The notes beneath the pieces were generated by a model that searched no databases, had not been told where the DNA came from, and was given only the letters and a program-made list of their open reading frames with translations. Below are positions 19,170-29,164 of a stretch of DNA of 64,000 nt, piece by piece. Source of the DNA: Parcubacteria group bacterium (GTDB lineage Bacteria; Patescibacteriota; Minisyncoccia; Moranbacterales; UBA2206). The stretch is taken from NCBI GenBank assembly GCA_041659505.1, contig JBAZYF010000001.1:253274-317273 (forward strand), in the 5' to 3' direction. Both the position numbers and the translations under genes were made by a program. Each line of letters starts with the position of its first letter. The stretch's first letter is position 1.

Positions 19170-20531
19170 TTACACCGGATATTTCCCGGTGAAGCATCCG
19201 TAGCAAAAGTCGTCAGGATGCACAGCCGCCTTGCGCAAATCCTCCATACAAAGATAGTTTAATGTATCCGCATGGATCAATCTACGAACATCGTCGACGC
19301 ATCTTCCCCCGCTCATCACCAACTCCTCTTCGCTTTTGATATCAATCCCAAGCGAACAATGCCCGATGATTGGCGGACTAGCAACTCCAAAGTGTACTGC
19401 TCTGGGTCCACATCCTCTGACGATATCAATGATATCTTTGCTTGTTGTTCCTCTGACGATTGAATCGTCAACAAGGCTAACGGACTGATTTCGGATCAAG
19501 CTTTCAATCGGGCTGAGCTTCGCCCAGATATTTTTTTGACCGGGAGTGATGAATGTTCTGCCGATGTAATGATTGCGCAAGAGCGCTAATTCCAAGGGGT
19601 GTCCAGATTCACTCGCGTATCCTTGAGCGAAATACATGGCGCTATCCGGGATTGGAACAATCGCGTCGATGGCCAGGGGATGCCTTTGGCTATATAGCCT
19701 TCCTGTTTGCATCCGGAAATCAGCCACGGATTGGCCAAATTGGAACGAGTCTGGTCGAGCAAAATAGATTAGTTCGAAAATGCAATGGGCCGCATTTTTA
19801 GGAACGTTCATCTTGAAAGTTTCCAAGCCCTTCCTGTCAATAACAAGAATTTCTCCTCGTTCTATTTCTCTCACGAATTTTACTCCCAAGCTTTTATTGA
19901 AGGAGTTTTGTTCGGAAGCAATCATGTAGCCATAATCAAATTGACCGAGACAGAGTGGCCGAATGCCATAGGGGTCTCTCGCGGCAATTATTTTGTCCTT
20001 GGTGATAAAAAGCAAGGAGTAACTACCACGAATCATTTTGAGCGTCTCAACTATCGCCTCCACCAAAGAATTCCTTTTTGACCGAGCGATCAGTTTGAGA
20101 ATAATTTCAGTGTCAGAATCGGAGAAAAAAATATCCCCTTGCCTACTCAACTCCTGACGGATCGCTAATGATTCAGGCAGGTTTCCATTATGCGCAATGC
20201 CTAAAGCGCCATAACGGGTCATCGCCAAAAGGGGCTGAACATTATTTATGTTCTTTACCGACCCAGATGTTGAGTACCTATTATGTCCGATTGCTGAGTT
20301 AAATTCCTCTTCGATCGGAATACTTTTTTTGGCAAATAGACTTTCGACCGAGTTCTTACTGATTGATAGTCTGCGAAAATGAAGATGCTCGAGATCGGTT
20401 TCTCCATTCGACAATATCATGCCACTCGCTTCTTGCCCTCGATGTTGCGCACCAAGAAGTCCGAAATAAAAAAGGGGCATAAGTTTGATCTTTTTTTCTG
20501 AATAAATTCCAACGATTCCACACATGGCCAC
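19170..20531 (-). CDS. purF: Amidophosphoribosyltransferase
   Basis: N-terminal MCGIVGI (Ntn glutamine amidotransferase) and a PRTase domain (DDSIVRGTTS). Confidence 0.9.
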   Translation of the reverse strand: MAMCGIVGIYSEKKIKLMPLFYFGLLGAQHRGQEASGMILSNGETDLEHLHFRRLSISKNSVESLFAKKSIPIEEEFNSAIGHNRYSTSGSVKNINNVQPLLAMTRYGALGIAHNGNLPESLAIRQELSRQGDIFFSDSDTEIILKLIARSKRNSLVEAIVETLKMIRGSYSLLFITKDKIIAARDPYGIRPLCLGQFDYGYMIASEQNSFNKSLGVKFVREIERGEILVIDRKGLETFKMNVPKNAAHCIFELIYFARPDSFQFGQSVADFRMQTGRLYSQRHPLAIDAIVPIPDSAMYFAQGYASESGHPLELALLRNHYIGRTFITPGQKNIWAKLSPIESLIRNQSVSLVDDSIVRGTTSKDIIDIVRGCGPRAVHFGVASPPIIGHCSLGIDIKSEEELVMSGGRCVDDVRRLIHADTLNYLCMEDLRKAAVHPDDFCYGCFTGKYPV

Positions 20532-20661
20532 TGCCCTCCTTTTGAGGTTATCTGCATATTATCGATTATTGTCGTTATTATTATGTTAAGTTGCAAGGCT
20601 TTATTATAGACGTATCTTAAAAAAATGTCCAATTGTCGCAGTTGCAAAAAAAATAAATCTT

Positions 20662-20707
20662 ATCTAAATAAAATAAAAACAAGGTGAGTCTTAGAGACCC
20701 ACCTTGT
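20662..20707 (-). terminator. Intrinsic terminator of pyrF
   Basis: Hairpin caaggtgagtcttagagacccaccttg followed by a T run on the minus strand. Confidence 0.55.
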
Positions 20708-20746
20708 AAAGAACTTAAGCGTGATTCCGCCTAGTTCCATTGGTTT

Positions 20747-21718
20747 TTACCAGCCCAATTTACCCGCCCGCTGAAGTGCCGCATTAAGCTCATCGCGAGC
20801 AAGCATTGCCGCTTGTGCAGATGACGTAGCGAAATCCTTCGGATCGCCGCTGAACGGTCCCTTTTGCCAAGCGGCAATGGTTCCGCGAGATGTGCTGACC
20901 ACAGCGCCAAACCCATCATCATTGAACGGGACAACAGCCTCATCTGCTTTTCCGCCCTGTCCCTCACCGCCGCTGATACTGTAGCCGGGGACGAGCATAA
21001 GGGAGTCCGGCAGAATCTTTCGCATTTTGACCGCATCATCCGGATATGTGCCGCCCATTACGACGCCACAATTGCGATACCCATTTTCTCCTTCCGTCCC
21101 CTCGCTCCACAATGAGACATAATGGGCGAGCCGTTCCCAGACCGTAAGCCCATTGTCTGTTACCAGTTGCTCAATGACAGAGTTCGGTTTGAATGAGGTC
21201 TTGTCGACGACAAAGACGCAGGTACCGAACTTTTTTATCTCACGAACATAGCGCATCACCGAGTCCTCGGCAATATAGCCATCGATCGTGACGGCATCCG
21301 ACCGAATAGGCGCAACGACCATACGGTCATCAAAGAACGGAACCTCGCCGATATGCGCTTGTGCATATGCGTCGGCCGTTTCCGATCCATCTTTGCACTT
21401 GGCATCTTTGATGGTCAGAAGTCCACGATACTTGGCATAGGCCAATGTTTTTTCCAGAGCCTTCCATGTATGACAGCTCCTGTTATAAAACGCGGCCTGC
21501 GGTTTTACAACGGCGACAAACGGTTCAACCGCATCAATGATCGCACGGTTGAATGCGTAATAGAGTTCGCCAACCGCTTCCTCTGTGTCTCCGTAAACCG
21601 CCCGCATTTCTGCAATGAGATAGGGTGGCATAAATCTGAGTTGCGGGTCAAGTCCAACACAAAGAACACTTTTCTTCATCCGCATCGCTTCCTGCAATTT
21701 GTCTACGAAAGTTTTCAT
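20747..21718 (-). CDS. pyrF: Orotidine-5'-phosphate decarboxylase, type 2
   Basis: KSVLCVGLDP and the type-2 OMPdecase architecture, with a C-terminal extension. Confidence 0.7.
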   Translation of the reverse strand: MKTFVDKLQEAMRMKKSVLCVGLDPQLRFMPPYLIAEMRAVYGDTEEAVGELYYAFNRAIIDAVEPFVAVVKPQAAFYNRSCHTWKALEKTLAYAKYRGLLTIKDAKCKDGSETADAYAQAHIGEVPFFDDRMVVAPIRSDAVTIDGYIAEDSVMRYVREIKKFGTCVFVVDKTSFKPNSVIEQLVTDNGLTVWERLAHYVSLWSEGTEGENGYRNCGVVMGGTYPDDAVKMRKILPDSLMLVPGYSISGGEGQGGKADEAVVPFNDDGFGAVVSTSRGTIAAWQKGPFSGDPKDFATSSAQAAMLARDELNAALQRAGKLGW

Positions 21719-21940
21719 TTTACCTCCTAAAATTTGAAGTTGACAGTTAATGGTTTTTACAAGTTTTGCCTAAAGTTAAGTTTCTTGCCCTCCTTTCTCT
21801 GTTTTTTTAATATTCGTTATCAAATTTTTAAGTTACTACCCAATTTATTTATTGGTTTTTAATGCTACCAGATAAAGCATATTTATGCAATACATAAAAA
21901 TACCCCGCAAAGACATCCGTCCTATATCATTTTCCACTTC

Positions 21941-22675
21941 CTATTTTATATTCTGATAATATTTTTCCTTAGCTTTTAAATGATGCTCAATATTTTTATT
22001 GGACTTAGCGTGTATTGGATCACAACTCTTGACAGCATATCCATTTTCAGAGAAAATTTTAATTTTTCTGGGATTATTTGTTGCAAGATTTATGCAACAC
22101 GCCTCGGGAATTTCGAAAAATTTTAGAATTGCGACAACGCCTGCATACGTACGCGCATCTATCGTCTCATCTTTCGCAAGCATTAAGGCAGCTTCAATTG
22201 TATTTACATTAAATTCTTTCTGCAGCCACAGCGTAGCTAATTTAAACGGGACACCCATGCCACGACCATCTTGCCGAGGGATGTGGATAATCATGCCCTC
22301 TCCTGCGTCAGAAATAGTTTTCATAGCAAGATGCAATTGATCCAGACACTCGCAAGTAAGATCACCGAATATTTGTCCGGTAGCGCAGCCAGAGTCTGTT
22401 CTGACTATCAATTTATTTTCATTTTTGAACTCGGGCATGAGTGTTTTTTTGTTGATATCCGCTCTTGCAATTACGGCGTAATCGATCCACTGATCATCAA
22501 TTTCAAAAACAAATTCCCAAAATTCTCCAAACTTAGTTTCGAGTGGTCCTAGGCCTTTTCTTGTAACAGAGTAGTATTGCTTTTTTCCATTTTCTACAAC
22601 AGAAACACGCTTAGTCATAGGACTCATCCCTAATTTTATGGCTTCAATTAGATCGTTTTTCATTTTTTGCAGCAT
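21941..22675 (-). CDS. GTP cyclohydrolase II-like protein (RibA family)
   Basis: Zinc motif RTDSGCATGQIFGDLTCECLDQL (compare RibA ...SECLTGD..GS.RCDCG.QL) and RQDGRGMG (compare EGRGIGL). Confidence 0.55.
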   Translation of the reverse strand: MLQKMKNDLIEAIKLGMSPMTKRVSVVENGKKQYYSVTRKGLGPLETKFGEFWEFVFEIDDQWIDYAVIARADINKKTLMPEFKNENKLIVRTDSGCATGQIFGDLTCECLDQLHLAMKTISDAGEGMIIHIPRQDGRGMGVPFKLATLWLQKEFNVNTIEAALMLAKDETIDARTYAGVVAILKFFEIPEACCINLATNNPRKIKIFSENGYAVKSCDPIHAKSNKNIEHHLKAKEKYYQNIK

Positions 22676-22970
22676 ATTATTTGAAATTTAATCTTACCAG
22701 GACTACTCTTTTTTCGAGATTTTGCTAAGTCTACCATTAAACCACCTAAGTCGGATAAAAGCAAGCGAAAAAGGCATTGGCCTAAACTTAAAATCATACT
22801 AGCGCCTGCTTAAGCCTCGCTCTTATTTGTTTTTAGCAGTCGTTATCTCCAGTGATTTAAGCCCTACTAAGTTTTAATTAGCTCTATGCTTATTTAGTTT
22901 TTCCGATAGCTAATACAAACATTGCATAAAATTTCCTGCTTGCTATACTATGTTTACAATCTCAAAAAAT

Positions 22971-24038
22971 ATGCACCACAAGCCATTTTATGATCCGAAA
23001 AAAAGTTACCAAGAAAATTGTGAACAAGGACCTTTTGGTCTTTTTTTTAAACCGCAAAAATATGAAAATGCCCAAGAGCCGCGCTTTTCTTTTTTGGGCC
23101 AACTTGTCTTTGCCCCTTTTGGAATACCGGCTGGGCCATTGCCGAATAGTCGCTTTGTGAAAGCCGCGCTGGATATGGGTTTTGATCTTCCGGTCTATAA
23201 AACAGTCCGCACGAGAAAATACCCTTGCCATCCCTGGCCCAACGTCATTGGAGTTGACTTGGAAGGCGCTTTGACTTTGGAAAAAATTCGCAGTGGTCTT
23301 GTCGCGAAAAATAATTATGCGCCACCACTTTCCATCACCAACTCTTTTGGCGTGCCCTCTTCTGACCCCACTATCTGGCAAAAAGATTTAGCCCAAGCGG
23401 TGAGCTATGCTAAAAAAGGGCAAGTGGTGATTGGTAGTTTTCAAGGAACCAGAGAAAAAGGAGGGGTTGATTCGTCTCTCGTTGCCGACTTTGTTTTGGG
23501 AGCAAAATTAATCAAAGAGACTGGGGCAAAAATTTTGGAGCTAAATTTTAGCTGTCCTAACGAGAAAACTCCCGATTTGGTTTGTTTTGATTCAGAGCTG
23601 GTGCTTAGAATTTGTGAAGCAGTGAAAAATGAAATTGGTTCCATTCCGCTAATCATTAAACTCGCCTACTTTGAAGATGAACACAATTTGCGAAAGCTGG
23701 TTGAAAAAGTGGGAAAGCTGGTTTCCGGGATTGCCGCGATAAATACTCTGCCTTGCGCAATCCGAGATCGGTCGGGAAATCAAGCTTTGCCTGGAGAAGG
23801 ACGACTAGTTAGTGGCATTTGCGGAGACGGCGTGCGCTGGGCCGGACTAGATATGGTCAAGAGGCTAAAGACGCTCCGCACCGAAATGAATTTAAACTAC
23901 ACCATTATTGGCGTTGGCGGTGTCAGCACGCCGAAAGATTATCGCGGCTACCTCGCTTGCGGAGCAGACGCGGTGATGTCAGCCACGGGAGCAATGTGGA
24001 ATCCATTGCTGGCGCAAGAAATTAAAAAATATGTTTAA
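22971..24038 (+). CDS. pyrD: Dihydroorotate dehydrogenase-family protein (PyrD-like)
   Basis: ELNFSCPN (DHOD/DPD signature LE.N.SCPN) and IIGVGGVSTPKDYRGYLACGADAV. The -10 TATACT at 22942 lies 3 nt upstream of the track start 22950, so 22971 is the preferred start. Confidence 0.65.
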   Translation: MHHKPFYDPKKSYQENCEQGPFGLFFKPQKYENAQEPRFSFLGQLVFAPFGIPAGPLPNSRFVKAALDMGFDLPVYKTVRTRKYPCHPWPNVIGVDLEGALTLEKIRSGLVAKNNYAPPLSITNSFGVPSSDPTIWQKDLAQAVSYAKKGQVVIGSFQGTREKGGVDSSLVADFVLGAKLIKETGAKILELNFSCPNEKTPDLVCFDSELVLRICEAVKNEIGSIPLIIKLAYFEDEHNLRKLVEKVGKLVSGIAAINTLPCAIRDRSGNQALPGEGRLVSGICGDGVRWAGLDMVKRLKTLRTEMNLNYTIIGVGGVSTPKDYRGYLACGADAVMSATGAMWNPLLAQEIKKYV

Positions 24039-24119
24039 GGAATCATGTTTTTCTTTGCAAGCATTGCGCCTGGAACAATTTTGGATTATACTCGAGGCAT
24101 AAATATAACCGAAAAAACT

Positions 24120-24482
24120 ATGAAAATTATCATCCGCTGGCTACTCTCCGCCCTAGCTGTTATCATTACTGCCTACCTCTTGCCCAAGGAAGCGATCTTT
24201 GTGCAAAGTTTTTTTGTAGCGTTGGTCGTAGCGGTTGTTTTAGGATTTTTAAATAGTATCATCAGACCGATCCTTATCATCCTTACTTTACCCATCCAGA
24301 TCCTGACTCTCGGCCTTTTCACTTTTATCATAAATGCCGGACTCGTCATGCTCACCAGCAGTCTCGTGAGCGGATTCTATGTGAAAAGTTTTTGGTGGGC
24401 ACTGCTTTTCAGTCTCGTGCTTTCACTAGTCAATGCCATAATTAACCGCTTTGAACCAAAAGAAACTCCAGATCAAGAATAA
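24120..24482 (+). CDS. DUF360 / phage-holin-4_2-family small membrane protein
   Basis: IIRPILIILTLPIQILTLGLFTFIINAGLVMLTSSLVSGFYVKSF matches the DUF360 core (RP.L..LTLP...LTLGLF....NA); 4 TM helices. Confidence 0.65.
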   Translation: MKIIIRWLLSALAVIITAYLLPKEAIFVQSFFVALVVAVVLGFLNSIIRPILIILTLPIQILTLGLFTFIINAGLVMLTSSLVSGFYVKSFWWALLFSLVLSLVNAIINRFEPKETPDQE

Positions 24483-24499
24483 AAAACGTCCCTTGCCAC

Positions 24500-24531
24500 T
24501 AAAAAAAGGCCTCGCTGGCCTTTTTGTTTTT
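24500..24531 (+). terminator. Bidirectional intrinsic terminator between convergent genes
   Basis: aaaaaaaggcctcgctggcctttttgtttt. Confidence 0.6.
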
Positions 24532-24542
24532 CCCCAAAAAAT

Positions 24543-24983
24543 TTAGTGCGCGTATCGCCCGACGAGGGAAGCTTTTTCCTGGACATGCCCTTCGATGGCT
24601 GCTTCAATATCTTCTTTCGTTACCGGACCTTCCAGCTCTAGCTTTGTGTCCAGTGCATACAGCTGAAATTGATAGTGATGCGCGCCAATAGGAGGGCAAG
24701 GTCCGCCATAGCCTGCTTTTCGAAAACTGGTCAAAGCTTCGATCCCGCTGTCGGGAACGCTGTTTTCCGCGATCCGTGTGAGATACGGATCCAGATCAAA
24801 TATTATCCAATGCGTCCATCCTCCGGTCACTGGCGCATCCGGATCATGCACGATAAGCGCGAGCGACTGAGCATCGGCCGGCACGCCGGAAATCTCCAAC
24901 GGCGGATTGACATTCTCGCCATCGCAAGTATATTTTTTGGGAATTATGGAATTGTTCTCAAAGGCACTGCTCGTAATTCGCAT
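24543..24983 (-). CDS. YbhB/YbcL-family (PEBP/RKIP-like) protein
   Basis: LALIVHDPDAP...GGWTHWIIFD and GYGGPCPP.G.HHY, the bacterial PEBP signature. Confidence 0.85.
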   Translation of the reverse strand: MRITSSAFENNSIIPKKYTCDGENVNPPLEISGVPADAQSLALIVHDPDAPVTGGWTHWIIFDLDPYLTRIAENSVPDSGIEALTSFRKAGYGGPCPPIGAHHYQFQLYALDTKLELEGPVTKEDIEAAIEGHVQEKASLVGRYAH

Positions 24984-25166
24984 ATATTTAGGTTAAAAAT
25001 TAGTTTGCAATAAGCTGGTATTTTTCGTCCAAAAATTCACAAAAAACCAGACAATGCTACATATATAATACGCAGACATGGAGGTCTTCGACTTCCCAAA
25101 CTGAAACACTCCCTTAACGAAAAGCGTATGGTGCTATATAATAGAGGCAAGATTTAAAACAAACCT

Positions 25167-25997
25167 ATGGATAACAAAAAATCACTAATCATTAAAATAG
25201 TTTTTGGTTTGATTCTTGTTGGAATTGTCTTTTTCGTGCTTTCTTCTTCTCGAAAAGGTCCGGTCTATAAATTGCCCTCCGTACCAAAACCGGCGCCAGT
25301 GCAACAGCCCGCTCAACCACCTGCCAAACTGATCGATCTGACGAATTGGAAATTGACTTTGCCAATCACCTCTCCGAGTGATCCGACACAGCCACTGGAA
25401 ATCTTGCAACCGGAATTGGCAACCTACCAGCTACGCCCTTGGTTTCAATTGGCTCCCGATAAAAAGGGCGTGCTATTTCGAGCGCCGGTCAATGCGCCAA
25501 CCACATCCAATTCCAGCTATCCCCGTTGCGAACTGCGCGAAATGACGGACAGTGGGACGCAAGAATTTTTCTGGCCTTCAACCAGCGGGACACATACCCT
25601 TTTTCTCGATGAGGCCATCACTGCTGTGCCGCAATACAAACCAGATGTAGTCGCCGGACAGATTCATGGCGACACAGACGATCTCATTGTCGTCCGGCTA
25701 GAAGGACAAAAACTCTATCTTGCTCGCAGCAAAGCCAACTTGTTTACGCTTGATGATAATTATGTCCTCGGCACACGTTTCACCATCAAATTCGTTGCCA
25801 GCAATGGCCAAGTCACTGTTTATTATAACAACAGTGCGACACCGATCTACACACTAGAGAAAAAAGTGAAGCAAGCCTATTTCAAGGTTGGTGTTTACAC
25901 CCAGTCAAACTGCAAAACCGAACAATCACCAGAGCTATGCACGGCAGACAATTACGGAGAGGTGATGGTCTATCAAGCAAAAGTGACGCATGAATAA
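25167..25997 (+). CDS. Membrane-anchored polysaccharide lyase family 7 (alginate-lyase-2-like) protein
   Basis: N-terminal TM, a Pro-rich linker, then RCELREM, AGQIHG and YFKVGVYTQS, which correspond to the PL7 conserved blocks R(S/T)ELRE, QIH and YFKAGxY. Confidence 0.6.
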   Translation: MDNKKSLIIKIVFGLILVGIVFFVLSSSRKGPVYKLPSVPKPAPVQQPAQPPAKLIDLTNWKLTLPITSPSDPTQPLEILQPELATYQLRPWFQLAPDKKGVLFRAPVNAPTTSNSSYPRCELREMTDSGTQEFFWPSTSGTHTLFLDEAITAVPQYKPDVVAGQIHGDTDDLIVVRLEGQKLYLARSKANLFTLDDNYVLGTRFTIKFVASNGQVTVYYNNSATPIYTLEKKVKQAYFKVGVYTQSNCKTEQSPELCTADNYGEVMVYQAKVTHE

Positions 25998-26000
25998 GTC

Positions 26001-26612
26001 TTAGCTTCCAAGTAAGCCTGTTCTGAGCTCGCCTGCCGGTTCATAGGTTGCAATAATTACTCCAGTAGAAGAAGTTTTAGAATCGACCAATTTGAATCCC
26101 TGCGGCAAAGTACCTTCGGCAAAAAGTCGCTTTCCCTTGCCGATCGTAACCGGGAAAATCCAAACGTGCATGCGATCAATAAGCCTCTCCTTCAAGATGG
26201 TCTGGATGAGATTGCCACTTCCATGGACCCACAAATCTGGTCCATCTTGCTCCTTGAGCGCTTTAAGCTTTTTCACAACGTCTTCCAATATTATCTCCGA
26301 GTTGTTCCAAGTGAGCTCGCTAGCAACGTCGGAAACGACATATTTTTTTGTGGCGTTGAATCTTTCCTTGATGGGAAAATCGCCCTCGGCGTCTGGCCAA
26401 TAAGCCGCAAAAATATCATAGGTCTTTTTTCCCAAAAGCAACTCGAACGGAATCTTCATGAAACCATCCATGACATTGCCCATCCTTTCATCCCAATAAT
26501 GATATGTCCATCCGCCATACTTGAAATCTTCCGAGATGTCTTCTTCCGGTCCGCCGGGAGCCTGCATAACGCCATCCAGCGTGACAAAAGTTGTCGTTAT
26601 TATTTTTCGCAT
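26001..26612 (-). CDS. Dihydrofolate-reductase-family protein (RibD C-terminal domain)
   Basis: ITTTFVTLDGVMQAPGG ... WVHGSGNL ... IFPVTIGKGKRLF, the RibD_C pattern. Confidence 0.8.
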   Translation of the reverse strand: MRKIITTTFVTLDGVMQAPGGPEEDISEDFKYGGWTYHYWDERMGNVMDGFMKIPFELLLGKKTYDIFAAYWPDAEGDFPIKERFNATKKYVVSDVASELTWNNSEIILEDVVKKLKALKEQDGPDLWVHGSGNLIQTILKERLIDRMHVWIFPVTIGKGKRLFAEGTLPQGFKLVDSKTSSTGVIIATYEPAGELRTGLLGS

Positions 26613-26865
26613 ATTATTTGTGTTAAAAAATTAAGTCGCCACTACCCAACAAATTTTCAGTCTTTTTGGTGTGGCCTATATGAATAATACGCGCGCTAAT
26701 TGCGGCTAGACGCAGAGCTAGTCGAGAACGGTTCTCGACTAGGCATGTAAATAAAAAACGCTCGTTGGGCGTTGTTGTTTTTGTTGCTCACTTGACATAA
26801 CGGCTTCCAAACGTTTTTAAGTGAGAATTTTAATAAGAAGATGTGTAATTAGCCGCGCTATCTTT

Positions 26866-27408
26866 TTATATTAAATCGTAGTCCCATCCCGGTTGCCATG
26901 CTTTCTTTTTTCTCCAATCATCAGCGAAAGCCTGCTCCCAAGATTTTCCCCCAATCAAAACGTCTAGGGCTAATTGGGGGACTTTATGAGCAACGATAGC
27001 AATGGATTTGTTGCGATAATTTATTTTCAAATATTTGAGAAAATCACTCATTCTATTTTTCACATCCTCACAACTTTCCCCACCAGGAAATTTATCTGCA
27101 ACATTTTCCTCTTGCATAGGCTCGACAATTACAGATGGTTTTGCGTTATATGCTCCATAGTTGCACTCGCGCAATCTTTCATCTCGTATTATTTCAACGG
27201 CCCCACTAAAGATTAAGTCTGCTGACTTCACCGCTCTTTTTAGATCAGAACAAAACACGACATCAAATTTTTTATCCGCTATTAGGGATTTCAATTTGAT
27301 TGCCTGCTCGATACCTTTTTGGGAAAGTTCCACATCAGACCAGCCGGATGATATTTTCTTTTCATTGTCAGTTGTGGTTCCGTGCACAAAATAAGTTATT
27401 TTTAGCAT
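26866..27408 (-). CDS. Histidine phosphatase (phosphoglycerate-mutase-like) family protein
   Basis: Fold-typical layout, but the usual RHG is VHG here (YFVHGTT), so it may be non-canonical. Confidence 0.55.
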   Translation of the reverse strand: MLKITYFVHGTTTDNEKKISSGWSDVELSQKGIEQAIKLKSLIADKKFDVVFCSDLKRAVKSADLIFSGAVEIIRDERLRECNYGAYNAKPSVIVEPMQEENVADKFPGGESCEDVKNRMSDFLKYLKINYRNKSIAIVAHKVPQLALDVLIGGKSWEQAFADDWRKKKAWQPGWDYDLI

Positions 27409-27499
27409 AGCAATTCAAAATGATTTTAATAATATCTGCATCATATCGCAAAAGTTCAAGCTATCTTTTTTTATTAAGCTTTTGGTTGATTTTCAATCC

Positions 27500-28483
27500 T
27501 CACTGCTTCTCGACAAAAGCGAGCAGTTCATTCCAGATGGCATCGGCTATTTCAATCACGCCTTCTTCTTTGGCTTTCTGGCTTTTTGCGTCACCTTGTT
27601 CGCCAGGCAGATAGATTGATTGACCCGCAAGAGGTTTTGCGGCTTTCATTGATCGGACCAGCTCAGTGGAGCGTTTCATGAATTCTTCTTTGGTGGACAG
27701 AAGGCCCGGATCAATGGCCAGCACAAATGTTCCCGCGCCGTCTGATTCGTTGAAACCTGGGATGCCAGCCAGAGAGAACGGACCGCCGAGCATTTGAATG
27801 AAAAATGACAAGCCAAATCCCTTGTGTCTGGCAAAAGTGCTCACAGATCCTTGAAGCACCTCAGCCGGGTCGGTGCTCGGGTTGCCCTCTTTGTCAAAGC
27901 CAATACCTTCCGGCAACTTCTCGCCTTTGAGTTTGGCTTCCATTACTCCGAAATAGGCCATGGCGGAAGTCGCGCTGTCAAAGACAATCTCGCCACCAGT
28001 ATAGGGAAAGGCATAGGAAAAAGGATTCGTGCCTAGTTTTGGTTCGGCGCTACCAGTTGGTGCGACAAAAGCGAATGCACCATTGCCGACACAGACAAAT
28101 CCGATGAAACCTGCCTTGGCAATGCGTCTGGAAAAATAACCGATGGCGCCGGAAGATGTTGAAGTGTGGTTGAGTCCCACGATGCCCACTCCGTGTTTTG
28201 CAGCAAGATCAACGGCCATGTCGGTGGCTTTGGCAGTTGAAACCATTGAGTGCCCACCAGAAATCAGCGCTCCGCATTTGTTTTCAGAAACAATTCTAAA
28301 TTCTTCAACAGCACTGGCTTTTGGTATCCCGCCTGTAGCAATTTTTGTTATACCTTGGTTATTACCACGCAATTGGGCATAGAGAAGCACCTCCGCGATG
28401 ATTTTTGCATCATCTCCAACATAGCCCAGCTTTTTGACGCCTTCTAGCACTTTGTCTTTCAATTCTTGGGTTGCGATTTTCAT
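27500..28483 (-). CDS. Ldh_2-family malate / L-lactate / L-sulfolactate dehydrogenase-like oxidoreductase
   Basis: ISGGHSM and overall similarity to the PF02615 architecture. Confidence 0.7.
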   Translation of the reverse strand: MKIATQELKDKVLEGVKKLGYVGDDAKIIAEVLLYAQLRGNNQGITKIATGGIPKASAVEEFRIVSENKCGALISGGHSMVSTAKATDMAVDLAAKHGVGIVGLNHTSTSSGAIGYFSRRIAKAGFIGFVCVGNGAFAFVAPTGSAEPKLGTNPFSYAFPYTGGEIVFDSATSAMAYFGVMEAKLKGEKLPEGIGFDKEGNPSTDPAEVLQGSVSTFARHKGFGLSFFIQMLGGPFSLAGIPGFNESDGAGTFVLAIDPGLLSTKEEFMKRSTELVRSMKAAKPLAGQSIYLPGEQGDAKSQKAKEEGVIEIADAIWNELLAFVEKQ

Positions 28484-28684
28484 AGGGTAGATTTAGAAAT
28501 TAGATTACTCCTTCATTATACTATTTAGAATTTTCAATGCAACAATACTTTGCTCTCAATAGCTGATACATTTAGAAGCTGGAATCTCGCAAAGATTAAA
28601 TTAGGAAATGTAATTATTGCCGCAAACAGCTTATCAAAAAGTTCAGCCAGCACTACATTGTGGCCACAGGTTCTTTTTTGAAAA

Positions 28685-28918
28685 GTGACGCTATGTGAGA
28701 GTGTGACGGCAATTATTAGTGACTCATCCAACCTGATGTTATCCGAGTTTTCTGTCAAGAATCTGAAAATTAGTGCTAGCGGAGCAAGCCGGGCTCGAAT
28801 ATGGGCAACGGAACAATTGGACGCTACAGGCAAAGATTCCAGTAAAATTTATTACCGAGGTGATCCAAAAATAATCGAAGATATTAGCGAAGCCGCGCTT
28901 TTGGCAAAAGAAGACTAG
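28685..28918 (+). CDS. Possible small hypothetical protein (GTG start, or ATG at 28736)
   Basis: The only protein-like ORF in the 28.48-28.95 kb gap; weak. Confidence 0.25.
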   Translation: MTLCESVTAIISDSSNLMLSEFSVKNLKISASGASRARIWATEQLDATGKDSSKIYYRGDPKIIEDISEAALLAKED

Positions 28919-28955
28919 AGAAATCTATTTTCTTTTATAAAAATTTGTTTGGCAG

Positions 28956-29041
28956 ATATGTATTTAAATACGTACTTTTATTTTGTCTCCGGAGAAGAAA
29001 AGGGGCAAATGAAAACGGCCACCCTTTCTGGTGGCCGTCCT
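28956..29041 (+). repeat. Non-coding module A, copy A1 (carries the palindrome ATGTATTTAAATACGT and the hairpin ggccaccctttctggtggcc)
   Basis: About 90% identical to A2 at 31233..31318. Confidence 0.7.
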
Positions 29042-29125
29042 GTGTGGCTCCCCCTGACAGATATGTTGTGCTACTTGAATATCGCTCAGTTAGAAATGGA
29101 GATGGGGTTATTCAGTCCCGCATTA
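29042..29125 (+). repeat. Non-coding module B, copy B1
   Basis: gctccccctgacagatatgttgtgctacttgaatatcgctcagttagaaatggagatgg is about 80% identical to B2 at 32609..32690. Confidence 0.65.
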
Positions 29126-29164
29126 GCCACATACAATTTCAAGCACGTATCCCGATAGCTAAAT

